A stretch of 64,000 bases of DNA from Malacoraja senta (lineage: Eukaryota): NCBI GenBank assembly GCA_038087875.1, contig JAXLNO010000600.1, positions 558,001 to 622,000 of the forward strand, read 5' to 3'. Positions 36,001 to 47,308 of the stretch are shown here, piece after piece. Position numbers and translations under genes: made by a program. The notes under the pieces were generated by a model. The model did not search any database. It had not been told where the DNA came from and was given only the letters and a program-made list of their open reading frames with translations. Each line of letters starts with the position of its first letter. Positions within the stretch are counted from its first letter, which is position 1.

Positions 36001-36190
36001 GCATGTCATGCGTGGTTTGAAGAGCAAAAACTTGTAGTTTACAATGCCAAAATTGAAAAGTTGAGGAAAAACAAGGGGTACAGTTGCTTATTGGTTGCAG
36101 TCTGAGGAGCATGATGATGCTACTGATTATGATATACCAATGTACCAGCTAGCAGCTGATCTTCTGCATAAAGACTTGGTCTTTTGCTAG
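33058..36190 (+). pseudogene. hATw-like transposase pseudogene
   Basis: ORFs 33022..34161, 34555..35421, 35422..35835 and 35854..36105; motifs GFDATT, LSDRCAA, CHLHPLD, NRLHILF, TGPWM, HNIDVEEIMG; stops, frameshifts and a LINE insertion. Confidence 0.7.
34245..34445 (+). mobile_element. Vingi/Ingi-like LINE 3' fragment
   Basis: KRWGLVDSASCEC..QTVEHIVTSCP, (gaa)n tail, 11-bp TSD gtgttcctcga. Confidence 0.75.
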
Positions 36191-36689
36191 AAATTGTAAT
36201 TTCTTTACCTGTCTGTTACGAACTTACAGCATATAATACAATAATATTAAAGTTCTGATCTTGAGAAAATCACATTTTTGAATTTTCAAGGCAGTCTGGA
36301 TGTTTATAACTATTTCCGTCACAACGGTTAATTATGTAATTAGCTACTTAATTAGGTAATTAACTTATAATATAAGTAAGGTATCATATTTGTTTCAGAA
36401 TGCCTCAATCTATAATAACTGAAAATGTCATTCAGTTCTGTTAATTTTTAAGAAAGTTATAGGCTTTTATGTCAATTGACTGTCCTCGATCACAGCTTTT
36501 GTGTTAAGTCAATGGAAAAGCAATAGGGAACAAGATGCTAATTAGCGAGTATAAAAATTACCATAACTTTTTTAATACTGAAGATAGGAAAGTGAATTAG
36601 GTATCAAATTAATGCTCTTTTTATGCTTTATCTGATGGGATAAATTACAGGCTTGATTTTTAACATCGCAAAATTGTGTAACATCCCTA

Positions 36690-37370
36690 CAATAGACAAT
36701 AGGTGCAGGAGTAGGCCATTCAGCCCTTCGAACAAGCCCTTCGAATTCAATGTGATCATGGCTGATCGTCCACAATCAGTACCCCGTTCCTGCCTTCTCC
36801 CCATATCCCTTGACTCCGCCATCTTTAAGAGCCCTATCTAGCTCTCTCTTGAATGTATCCAGAGAATCGGCTTCCACCGCCCTCCGAGGCAGAGAATTCC
36901 AGACTCACAACTCTCTGTGTGAAAAAATGTTTCCTCATCTTCGTTCTAAATGGCTTACCCCTTATTCTTAAATTGTGGCCCCTGGTTCTGGACTCCCCCA
37001 ACATCATGAACGTGTTTCCTGCCTCTAGCGTGGATGGTTTCGTTATTTCTTTAGTCAGAGGGGGGTGAATCTGTGGAATTCTTTGCCACAGGCGGCTGTG
37101 GAGGCCAAGTCAGTGAATATTTTTAAAGAATAGATAGATTCTTTATTTGTACGGGTGTCAGGGGTTATGGGGATAAAGCAGGAGAATGAGCTTGGGAGGG
37201 AGAGATAGATCAGCCATGATTGAATGGTGGAGCAGACTTGAGTAAACCTACGCTGCACTCCCTCAATAGCAAGAATGTCCTTCCTCAAATTAGGGGACCA
37301 AAACTGCACACAATACTCCAGGCGTGGTCTCACTAGGGCCCTGTACAACTGCAGAAGGACCTCTTTGCTC
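36690..37370 (-). mobile_element. CR1 fragments, including an inverted piece at about 37035-37240
   Basis: CR1 3' sequence on both strands. Confidence 0.8.
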
Positions 37371-37462
37371 CTTACAGGTAAGTAAGTTTTGGGGGGGGGA
37401 AAGGAGAAGAAGACGGATGGATGGAAAGAGAAATCTGCGATAAATTGACCCAAAATACTTAC

Positions 37463-37627
37463 CTCTTTGATCTGCTCCCGCTGAGTTGCCCGTCTGTCCT
37501 CTTCCTCAGCTGCAGTTGTGGTGGGGCCTGCAGCAGTGGGGCAGGCAGTGGTCCTGCTCCTCTTGCTGTGCTGCTGACTGATGGAGTGAGTGCGTCCGAG
37601 GTCCCAAGAGGATCACGCTCATCCTCA
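37463..37627 (-). other. Exon-like segment paralogous to exon 3 of the Harbinger MADF gene
   Basis: tttccag acceptor, GAG|gtaagt donor, 165 nt; GATCCTCTTGGGACC..TCCATCAGTCAGCAGCAC matches GATCCACTTGAGGGGACA..TCCACTAGTCAGCAGCAC. Confidence 0.5.
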
Positions 37628-38149
37628 CTGGAAACACACGCGCACACACATACACAATACACACACTATACACACACACATAGACACATACACACCACAC
37701 ACATACACATACACACATGCACCACACACACACACCACATACACATATATATCTATATTACTAAAAGTCTGATCTTGACCACTTCCTGTTTTTCTGTTTC
37801 ATGATTTTAGAAAAAACGCTGCCACTTACGGCTGTGTTTTTGGCCATCTTACTCAGAGTCCCCCTCCGCTGCGCAGGACAAGAGGATTTTTCCCATCGAT
37901 GAAAAATAAAAGAGTTATTAATGTTTTAAAAATGTTGAGTTTCTCTCTGCTGCCCCTGCTGGTGGGAGGGGGGAGGGACAATAAAACCCAGAAGTGTTGT
38001 GCCTCAGTCAGTCTCTGCAAGATGGGGAAGTGAGAGGGTCACGTCTCTCAGTCTGAGCTGTAAATAACACTGAACACGTGTCTACTAAACTGCGAGTGTG
38101 GTTTTACTGACCTTGAGTTCCCTTAATGTGGTTTGAAAATGAAAATGTG

Positions 38150-38340
38150 GTTGGTTTGAAGTAAAAGCACTGCAAATGGTTGGTGGGGGTTGGGTTGAAG
38201 TAAAAGCACTGCAAATGGTTGGTGGGAGTTGGGTTGGAGTAAAAGCACTGCAAATGGTTGGTGGGGGTGGGTCGAAGTAAAAGCACTGTAAATGGTTGGT
38301 GGGGGTTGGGTTGAAGTAAAAGTACTGCAAATGGTTGGAA
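38150..38340. repeat. 39-bp minisatellite
   Basis: gtaaaagcactgcaaatggttggtgggggttgggttgaa, about 5 copies. Confidence 0.9.
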
Positions 38341-38727
38341 GTCTAAACTTGACAACTTCCTGTTTGCACTGTATATTGATTTTAGATAAAACACTACCAC
38401 TTACGGCTGCGATTTTTGGCCATCTTACTCAGTCCTCCTCTGCTCATCAGGTGCAGAGAATTCTTCCCATCAATGAAAAATAAAAGTGTTTTAGTGTTTA
38501 AAAAATGTTGAGAATCTCTCTCCTGTCAATCACGCCATGAAGGCCAGACCTTTTCCGGTGGGAGGGGGAGGGATTTAAAAACCCAGAAGTGTGGGTGTGG
38601 CTCAGCCTCTGCATGATGGGGGAGGGAGAGGTCACGACTCTGTCTGAGCTGTGAATCAACTGAACACACTGAATGTCTACTGAACTGTGAGTGTGGTGTT
38701 TTGTGTGGTTTTATGGTGGTTTCACCC

Positions 38728-39075
38728 GGCTTGAAATGGTATGAAACTGCATTTGAATATGGTGGTCTTGCATCCTGCATGAAATGGTATGAAACTGCAT
38801 TTGAATGTGGCGGCCTTGCACCCTGCATGAAATGGTATGAAACTGCATTTGAATTTGGTGGCCTTGCACCCTGCCTGAAGTGCTATGAAACTGCACTTTA
38901 ATTCGGTGGCCTTGCACCCTGCTTGAAGTGGTATGAAACTGCACTTGAATTTGGTGGCCTTGCACCCTGCTTGAAGTGGTAAGAAACTGCACTTGAATTT
39001 GGTGGCCTTGCACCCTGCTTGAAATGGTAGGAAAATGGATTTGAATTTGGTGGCCTTGCACCCTGCTTGAAATGG
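38728..39075. repeat. 48-bp minisatellite
   Basis: tgaaatggtatgaaactgcatttgaatttggtggccttgcaccctgct, about 7 copies. Confidence 0.9.
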
Positions 39076-39624
39076 AATTTCAAGGAACAGCTGTAAGTCA
39101 ACTGCCAGTCCACCAGCCGTGAGTGAGCAGCCAGCACATCAGGCTTGAGGGAATGAGCTGCCACCCCAAGAATCTATTTGGCCCACAATGTCCATAGTAG
39201 CCCTCTGGAGACCAGTCCCTTCAGCCCACAACACCCATACCAGCGCTCCAGAACCCCCCCCCCCCCCCCCCACTGGCCACCAATATTGGAATTGGTGGAG
39301 AGGTGGAATATTGCGTTGGGGGACCAGCGCTCCCGTGTGAACATGGGACCCAACGGGTCCCACTTAGTCTAGTATATATATATATATCATACATATACAC
39401 ACACCACACACACAAACATATCACACATACATACACATACACACCACACACATACACACACCACACAAACATATACACACCACACACACGCAAACATACA
39501 CACCACATATGCACACATATACACACCTCACACACACCACATATATATATACACACACCACATATATACATACACACACCACACACACATATATATATAT
39601 ACATACACACACCACACACACACA

Positions 39625-40575
39625 TCTATATTACTAAGTCTGATCTTGACCACTTCCTGTTCTGTATATTGATTTTAGAAAGAACGCTGCCTCTTACGGC
39701 TGTGATTTTTGGCCATCTTACTCAGAGTCCCCCTCCGCTGCTGCGCAGGACAAGAGGATTTTTTTCCATCGATGAAAAATAAAAGTTATTAGTGTTTAAA
39801 AAATGTTAAGATTCTCTCTCCTGAAGGCCTCCCCCCATCCGGAGGGACTATAAAACCCGGAAGTGTGAAGGTGCCTCAGTTCTCTACAGGATGGGGGAGA
39901 GGTTGCAATTCTCAGTCTGAGCTGTGAATAACACTGAACACATGTCTACTAAACTGTGAGTGGTTTTACTGACCTGTCAGTGCCCTTAATGTGGTTTGAA
40001 AATGTAGTTTAAAAATGCAAAAGTGTATTTTGGTTTGAGAATGCAAAAGTTGCCTTGCCTAATTGAAAAGTTGGTTTGATAATGCTAAAGTTGTCTTGCC
40101 TAATTGAAAAGTTGGTTTGAGAATGCTAAAGTTGCCTTGCCTAATTGAAAAGTTGGTTTGAGAATGCTAAAGTTGCCTTGCCTAATTGAAAAGTTGGTTT
40201 AAGAATGCTAAAGTTGCCTTGCCTAATTGAAAAGTTGGTTTGAGAATGCTAAAGTTGCCTTGCCTCATTGAAAAGTTGGTTTGAGAATGCTAAAGTTGCC
40301 TTGCCCAATTGAAAAGTTTGTTTGAGAATGCTAAAGTTGCCTTGCCTAATTGAAAAGTTGGTTTGAGAATGCTAAAGTTGCCTTGCCTAATTGAAAAGTT
40401 GGTTTGCGAATGCTTTGCCTAATTGAAAAGTTGATTTGAGGATGCCTTCCCTAATTGAAAAGTTGGTTTGAGAATGCTAAAGTTGCCTTGCCTAATTGAA
40501 AAGTTGGTTTAAGAATGCTAAAGTTGCCTTGCCTCATTGAAAAGTTGGTTTGAGAATGCTAAAGTTGCCTTGCCT
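39625..40575 (+). mobile_element. Second Helitron copy, 3'-truncated, with a 41-bp minisatellite (about 40030-40575)
   Basis: Same A|TCTATATTACT start and body; unit gagaatgctaaagttgccttgcctaattgaaaagttggttt. Confidence 0.8.
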
Positions 40576-40778
40576 TTGTGGAATTCTCTGCCTCAGAGGG
40601 CAGTGGAGGCCGGTTCTCTGGATACTTTCAAGAAAGAGCTAGATAGGGCTCTTAAAGATAGAGGAGTCAGGAGACATGGGGAGAAGGCAGGAACGGGGTA
40701 CTGATTGTGGATGATCAGCCTTGAACACAGCTGGCTCAAAGGGCTGAATGGCCTACTCCTGCACCTATTGTCTATTAT
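40576..40778 (+). mobile_element. CR1 3' fragment
   Basis: tgtggaattctctgcctcag...cctattgtcta. Confidence 0.9.
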
Positions 40779-41233
40779 TGTTGACCCTTAATTTATACTG
40801 TTTTTTTTAAAATTATTGAATCAGGTAAAAAAAAACATTGTAGTGTCTATGACATAGACTCTTGAATGCTTTTGTTTTTCGAATGAAACAGTTCTTTATT
40901 TTAACATTGTAAGAAATATTCTAGATGGATGAATGTATTCCTGTTATCTCATCATACAGACTCCCTTCTTGCACAACATGTGCTCCTAACATAAATGGGG
41001 GGGGGGGGGTAAGGGGAGAGTTGTACCAGGGGAGTGTGGGGAGTTGTACCGGGGGGGTGGGGGGGGTAAGGGGAGAGCTGTACCAAGGGAGGGTGGGGGG
41101 GTAAGGGGAGAGCTGTACCAGGGGTATGGGGATTGTTCTGGATCTGGATGTAGTACACTGAAAATCTCTAGGTAGAGCATCATTCAGCACTGAACAGGTT
41201 TTACATTTTATCAAGCCAATAATCAACCTACAA

Positions 41234-41390
41234 ATGTTTGGAGTGTGGAAGGAAACAGAAGATCTTGGGGAAACCCCACGCAGGTCACGGGGAGAACGTG
41301 CAAACTCCGTACAGACAGCACCCGTAGTCGGGATCGAACTAGTCTCTGGGTCTGTGAGGCAGCAACTCTACCGCTGCGCCACCGTGACCG
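41234..41390 (-). mobile_element. tRNA-derived V-SINE (HE1-like) fragment
   Basis: Minus strand ggtcacggtggcgcagcggtagag (A box)...gttcgatcc (B box)...ggagtttgcacgttctccccgtg core. Confidence 0.8.
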
Positions 41391-41399
41391 CTCCAGTTG

Positions 41400-41789
41400 T
41401 ACCGGGGGCGGGGGGTGCGGTGCGGCGCGGCGTCCACGTCCGTCCAACCTCGGGAGAGGGGCAGCGGCTGCCGCTTCACGCACACTGAGGCCGCGGCTGA
41501 GCTCCCTCCCTCCGTGCTGCCGCCTGCTTTCCCTTCCTCCACCGCCGCCATTTACCTCAGTCGCTCTCCCGCCAGCGGCGCCATCTTGGCCTAGCTGACG
41601 ACGCCGTCAGACGTGACGCTGGAGGAGAGGGGCAGACGTCGTGACGCTGGAGGAGAGGGGCAGACGTCGTGACGCTGGAGAGGGGCAGACGTCGGGACCT
41701 TAAAGCGGAAAGACATTTGCAGCGGAGATTTGGACAGAATTTTTTGCGGCCCCACGTGATCCGGCGCAGACAACGGTGATCATCGCAAA
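41400..41789. promoter_or_regulatory. CpG-rich, probably bidirectional promoter (copy 2)
   Basis: Paralogue of 25780-26084. Confidence 0.55.
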
Positions 41790-42097
41790 ATGGTCCCAAG
41801 AAGATGGAAGGTGCTGCCCGGGAGCGAGGCCCAACCCCCACCCAGCAGGCAGGTTAAAACTGAGGAGGGCCTGGAGATTAAGGTCAAGGAGATTGAGGTG
41901 AAGGAGGAGGAGGAGGAGGAGGAGGAGGGCGAGGAGAGCCTGGAGGAGACCATGGAGATGTATCGTGTCCACACCACCACCCCACCCCGGACTAAGGTAC
42001 TCAAGGCCACAGGTACTGCTGGTGCTGAGCCAGGCCCAGGCTATGCACAGGACACTGCTGCCTCAGTTGTGATGAAGAAGGTCAGGAGACGCGTTAA
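41790..42097 (+). pseudogene. MADF-gene-like first exon interrupted by a Harbinger insertion
   Basis: Paralogue of 26085; aligns to the 43371 exon up to VVMKKVRRRV, where the TIR begins after taa. Confidence 0.55.
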
Positions 42098-42232
42098 GGG
42101 CCTGTCCCACTGTGGCGACCTAATTTGCGAATTTGGAAGAGTTTGCGCTCGCCACAAACTCGCAGCATGGTCGACACGTGGTCCTAGGAGGTCACAGTAA
42201 CTCTCCTTCATGCTCGAGACAAGTTCCCGCAT

Positions 42233-43078
42233 ATGGGGGGGGGGTTGCATGTAAGGTAATCGGGTCAACTAGGGCATGACGTACGGAGCAGCCCAATCCA
42301 TGTGGAGGACATGGCAGCTTCCGGCACGTACTGTTAATACACGGAACGCGTACTTTCTCACCCGTTAAAAACCGCCGAAATGGTCAAATTTTGCGCTGTA
42401 AATAATTGTGGGAATCGGGGTAACCGTGAGAGACATTTATCCTACTTCAGAATTCCAAAAGTGAGGAGAGATTATGGTAGAGAGAAGCGGCAGCTGAAGG
42501 GACAACAACAGCTAAAGTGGTTGGCGAACATTGGTTGTGCAGATATCAAGATTGAAAATATTGGCAATTATCGCCTTTGCTCACTGCATTTCATCAACAG
42601 TAAGGCATTATTTGTGTTTTTTCTAGATTCCTTTGGTATCTAAAAATTTTCAGAAGTGATAAATCGCCCATGGTTTTCAAGTGGGTTTTTACATACCAAA
42701 AGAAAACGCTTCTGAAGCTAAATTTATAATTTAAAAAAATCGCAAGCCGTACGTGGGTTTTGAATTCCATTTTACTCGGATGCAAGCCAAGGAATGGCAT
42801 AATTGTTAGCTGTTAATTGGACATAATCAACCTCTGCAAATTGACAATATCTTTAAAAGTTGGAATTCAGAAGTAGGATAAATGTCTCTCACGCTTACAC
42901 CGATTTCCATAATTATTTACAGCGTAAAAATTGACAATTTCAGCGTTTTTTAACGGGCCCGCTACCCTGGAAACAATGGTAAATGCTTACCTCATCGTTC
43001 AACGCATGTACTCCAGTTGGCGTTGCGTGGCAACAGTACGGGTCACGGTTCGTGGCCTCGACTGCGTGCAACCTCCCT
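42233..43078. mobile_element. ISL2EU-like THAP element, second copy
   Basis: gggggttgca.../..tgcaacctccct; THAP ORF 42380..42643 with W and RLCSLHF. Confidence 0.75.
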
Positions 43079-44021
43079 AGACTCGCGGCCTTTGGTCGAG
43101 GAGAATTTTTTGCATGCTGAAAAATTGTCCGCGAGTAAAAATTGGTCGACGTGGAAAAAATCGATTGTTTTTTACTCGTAGGTTTAGTCGAAGTAGGTCG
43201 GCATGCTATCGAAGGTAATCGAAGGTAGTCGCAGATAGTGTTAGTATATCGCCTTTGCTCGTTGCAATGGCTCGTTGAGAAAAAAAAGGTAAGCGGCACG
43301 TGATGCGCTGTCATTCCAGGGCGCGGTCATTGCGAGAGTTTTTTGTTAGAGCATCAGACTTGTTTTAGACATGGCTCCAAAGAAAAGGCAGAAGTGCATG
43401 GGCAAGGCACAACCCTCAACAAAACCTGCCATGCAGGTGTTGCAGAGCCAGGAGGAGGAGTGGCAGGAGGAGATGCCACAGGAGGAGGATGACTTGGAGG
43501 AGAGCGTCCTGGAGGATGAGACCAGGGAGGGAGGCCATGTCCCCACCACTACCCCATCCTTGAATGGCCCATTTAAAGCCAACAATACAGCCCCTTCTTC
43601 TGTGTCTGTGTCAGACACAGCATCAGAAACGGACGCCCCATTGGTGGTGAGGAAGGACTGGAGGAAGGTTTTGCCTTATACCTTCACCAGGCAGCAGGAA
43701 GGAGACCTGGTGGAATGGTACCAGCAAAACACCATCCTGTACGATAAGGAACATGAAGATTACAGGATGAGGGAGAAGAAGAACAAATTATTCCAGGAAA
43801 AGGCGAAGGAGTATCCTGACTGCACCTGTAAGTACCTATTTGTTACCTTCAGTAGCTCTACCATTCTCTTGTAACCATGCAGGCAATTCTCACAGGTTCC
43901 TTTCGATTTAAAGTTCATCATTTTTTCTTGCAATACCTCTTCCATTCTCGTGCAGGTAGGCAGGCAATTAACACAGGATATATTTGTTTCAAAGATCCTA
44001 CATATTTTATCTTCATAGTTT

Positions 44022-44150
44022 ATCTGAAGAAGGGTCTCGACCCAAAACGTCGCCTATTTCCTTCGCTCCATAGATGCTGCCTCACCCGCTGAGTTTCTCC
44101 AGCATTTTTGTCTACCTTCGATTTTCCAGCATCTGCAGTTCTTTCTTAAA
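44022..44150 (+). mobile_element. Penelope terminal fragment
   Basis: ctgaagaagggtctcgaccc.aaacgtc...gcatttttgtctaccttcg. Confidence 0.8.
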
Positions 44151-44396
44151 CATAAATAGTTTATCTTCAGTATCTCTTTAATTCTCTTGCAGGCAAGCAG
44201 GCAATCAGGTTTTTATGATAAATTTAGCACCTCTTCCTTCTCTTGCAGACTTGAAGGCTGCTTTCACAGCTTGTGTTAGTTTGGTTGCAATCTTGTCTCC
44301 AATACCTCCTAAATTAAATATGCAGGAAGGCAAGCAATTAGCACATGTTATATTTGTTTTAAAGTCCCTACTTTGTTTATCTTCTGTACTTTTTCC

Positions 44397-44795
44397 CAAA
44401 GATCCTACAGCAGAGCAAGATAGACCACTCCTTCCAAATGCAATGGGCTGACGTGTAGTATGCAACGGAGCGGAACGTGGGCCTTTTTTTCATCCATTTC
44501 AGTAACCCGACCCGACTCGCAGTGTAATCAACGTTGCGGGGGAACAGTTTGTGTTAATAAATTATAATTTTGAAAATAAGGAGAAGATTTTTACCAAAGA
44601 ACTTTTATTTTTACAAGGATGTTTCCGTAACCGGCTTCCGTCTCCGCACTAATATCTTTGCTCCGCTATGGGATCTTTGGTGCGGAGACGGAAGCCGGTT
44701 ACGGAAATGGGGCCGAAAATTATCCATGAATCTGCCCATGACCGTACTACGTCTTTTTCGTCGAGTGATCTATCTTGCTTGCTATAGGATCTTTG
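44397..44795. mobile_element. hAT MITE (inverted copy of 9038-9432)
   Basis: Same TIRs; 8-bp TSD ctttttcc/cttcttcc. Confidence 0.88.
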
Positions 44796-45256
44796 CTTCT
44801 TCCACTCTCTTGCTGGCAGGCCGGCAATTAACACGGGCTTCAATGGTGTTTAAGTGCATGGTTGTTGATTTTCTGCTGCACCTCATCCATTCTCTTCACA
44901 ATTCACGCTGGCTTTTTTGTTATTTTGTACAGATGATCAGCTCTGCCAGTGGATCAAGAACCAGCGGACAATATATGGAAAGCTGACGATCATGGGGACA
45001 AAAACTGGGACTGCTGGGAAAAAGTTCACCAAGAGGCAGCAGTGGATTCACGACAAGTGGTCTTTCATGAAATCGCACATTGTGCGAGTAGAGAGGAGGA
45101 GGAGCTGCAAGAAGGTAATTTTTATAAAATAGTTTGTCCTGGTGGTCTTGACAAATTGTAAAACAAATTTTATTTCTTCCAGTTTCAAAAGTTAAATCCA
45201 CCGCCCAGTGCGCCCCGTGCAGAGGTGGAAGATCCACTTGAGGGGACATCTACAAC

Positions 45257-47126
45257 CAGTGCTGGCCTTAAGCCAATTGGGCCCCGCGCCTAGGGGGGCC
45301 CCGCGCTAATTTTCTGTATTTCGTATGGAAATGCAATACGAATATGGAAATACGAATTCGCGTTGTTAAATACGTTTAAAAAAAAAAACCAACAAGATAA
45401 TTATTACAAGGTGTCACCACTACACCGGCCATGAGACAAAAACGATTTGTTAACTACCACTGTTAGCACTTGTTAACAGCCAGTAGTTAACACGTAGTTA
45501 TACAGTGTGTCATCAATACATCGATCCACATTCCTCAGTAAATGTAATTGTGTTTTGACCAAGTATTAATGACGCCGCGTTGCTTTGAATAAAATTCACG
45601 GGACTACCGTCATTGATACTTGGTCAAAACACAATTACATTTACTGAGGAATGTGGATCGATGTATTGATGGCACATTGTGAGAATTTCTTAAAACTCAG
45701 TCATTGAGGGCTCCGGACCACGAGCACGGCCTTCTTCCTGCAGGTAAAGTCATTCACCCATGTTGTCTCGCTCTGTCTTTCGCTCTCTCCCTCCCTCTCT
45801 CGTACGCTCTCTCTCCTGCTCCCCATCTCGTCTCTCTCACGCTCTCTCACACCCTCACTCTCACCCTGGCGCCACGGCATTACCTGAGCCATTTGACGTT
45901 TTGCGGTGACGGCTGCATCTGCGGTTCCTTTCTGTTGGGGGGGGGGAGGGTCCTGGCCCGTGGCAGCTCCTGGTCTGTTCCCTCCGCGGGTGCCACCTGG
46001 CCCGCTGAGTTCCTCCAGCACTCCAGTGTTTTTTGTTTGGCTCTGGAGTTGAAGGTGGACACAGGGCCGTGGCAGCTCAGCGGGACGGGCAGCGGCTCTT
46101 GGGAGAGGGTTGCGTTTCTGGTCGAGACCCTTCAGACAATCACAAGTACTCTCACCGACGAGAGTTCAATTCAGTCTGAAGAAGGGTCTTCTCTCCAGAG
46201 TCGCTGCCTGTCCTGCTGAGTTACTCCAGCTTTATGTCTATCTTCAATTTCAGAGTTAAATAAAATTTCTCACGGGGGGATTTTTGCGTCTACCACCCCC
46301 CCCCCCCTTCCTTCCCAACCTCAGCCTCACAGACCTTAGCGTACCCCTAGTTCCTAAAACCCATTTCCATCACTGATTGCAATATATATGTGACATTACT
46401 GGCATGATCCCTGACCCCCTCCTTCTCAACGCTCCTGCCCTCCCCGCAACATTACCCCGGGCCAGACTCCCCACACGCTGTGAAAGGAACTCTCTCCCCA
46501 ATTGGTCCCTGTAGATTGATGATGCATGTGAACCGATCACACATAAGCCAGCATCACTAACTCCACCCCACTATAACACTTATACTAACGCTTGTTCCCG
46601 GCACTGCCAGTCTGAGCAGCTAGGATATACTGACAACCTATTGTCCTCAACGCTGCTAAGTTTCAGTGCTGATTAAAGATGTGTTTAAATCATACACTGT
46701 CTCTGGTGCTTGTTTACAGTCCCTTGAACTAGTAATGTCATTCAATAAGATCACAGCTGATTCAACTTGTCCCGGTGTGCTCCCGTTTTTCCCACCATCT
46801 CTCCACCTGCTGTCACCCTCCACCCCCCACCCATTCAGTCATTCAGAATGAAGGAGATTTGGAAGCCTTGGGCAAATTGAATTGTTACTGTCTTTATTTT
46901 TATTTTTTATTTTTACGGAGAGAACAATCTGCGCATGCGCAGTTTAAGATTTTTTTAAAGCCGACTGACTGCCTACCCTGAGTAATTACTCACGGCACGT
47001 GCCTGAATATGACTCATTTATAATTATATATTTCTATTTCTATGATTCCTACAGACCTTGGATGGGAATCTGGGGGTCACCAAAATCGTTCCCAATTGGG
47101 CCCCGCGCCTCCTAAGGCCGGCCCTG
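45257..47126. mobile_element. Non-autonomous hAT element
   Basis: TIRs cagtgctggccttaag / cctaaggccggccctg; 8-bp TSD tctacaac/cctacaac; contains Penelope end fragments at about 46000-46245. Confidence 0.85.
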
Positions 47127-47308
47127 CCTACAACAACCCCCTCCACTAGTCAGCAGCACTTCCAGAGGAGGATGGCACATGAAAGCCACAGTGGAGCCTC
47201 CTCACCGGATGTCACTAATGAAGACGGAGAGGGAGAACGAAATGAACTGATCAGGATTGTAAGTCCCCTGTGTAAAAATTCTGCACATTTATCTTCTCAT
47301 TCAATACA

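Larger units (their letters stand above)
32650..36689 (+). mobile_element. Decayed autonomous hATw-like transposon (left TIR not found)
   Basis: 32660-32870 and 36330-36689 are homologous to the MITE interior; right TIR gtgtaacatcccta. Confidence 0.75.
37752..39372 (+). mobile_element. Non-autonomous Helitron
   Basis: A|TCTATATTACT start; hairpin gggaccc-aac-gggtccc then CTAG|T end; no TSD; sits in a (CA/TA)n tract. Confidence 0.85.

Noticed and set aside
38150..40575. Regular 39-48-bp repeats resembling CRISPR arrays or repeat proteins
   Set aside because: Head-to-tail units without unique spacers, in a eukaryotic context; the ORFs are by-products of unit lengths divisible by three
46380..46850. 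Possible solo LTR inside the hAT element
   Set aside because: No matching TG..CA ends with a TSD could be identified
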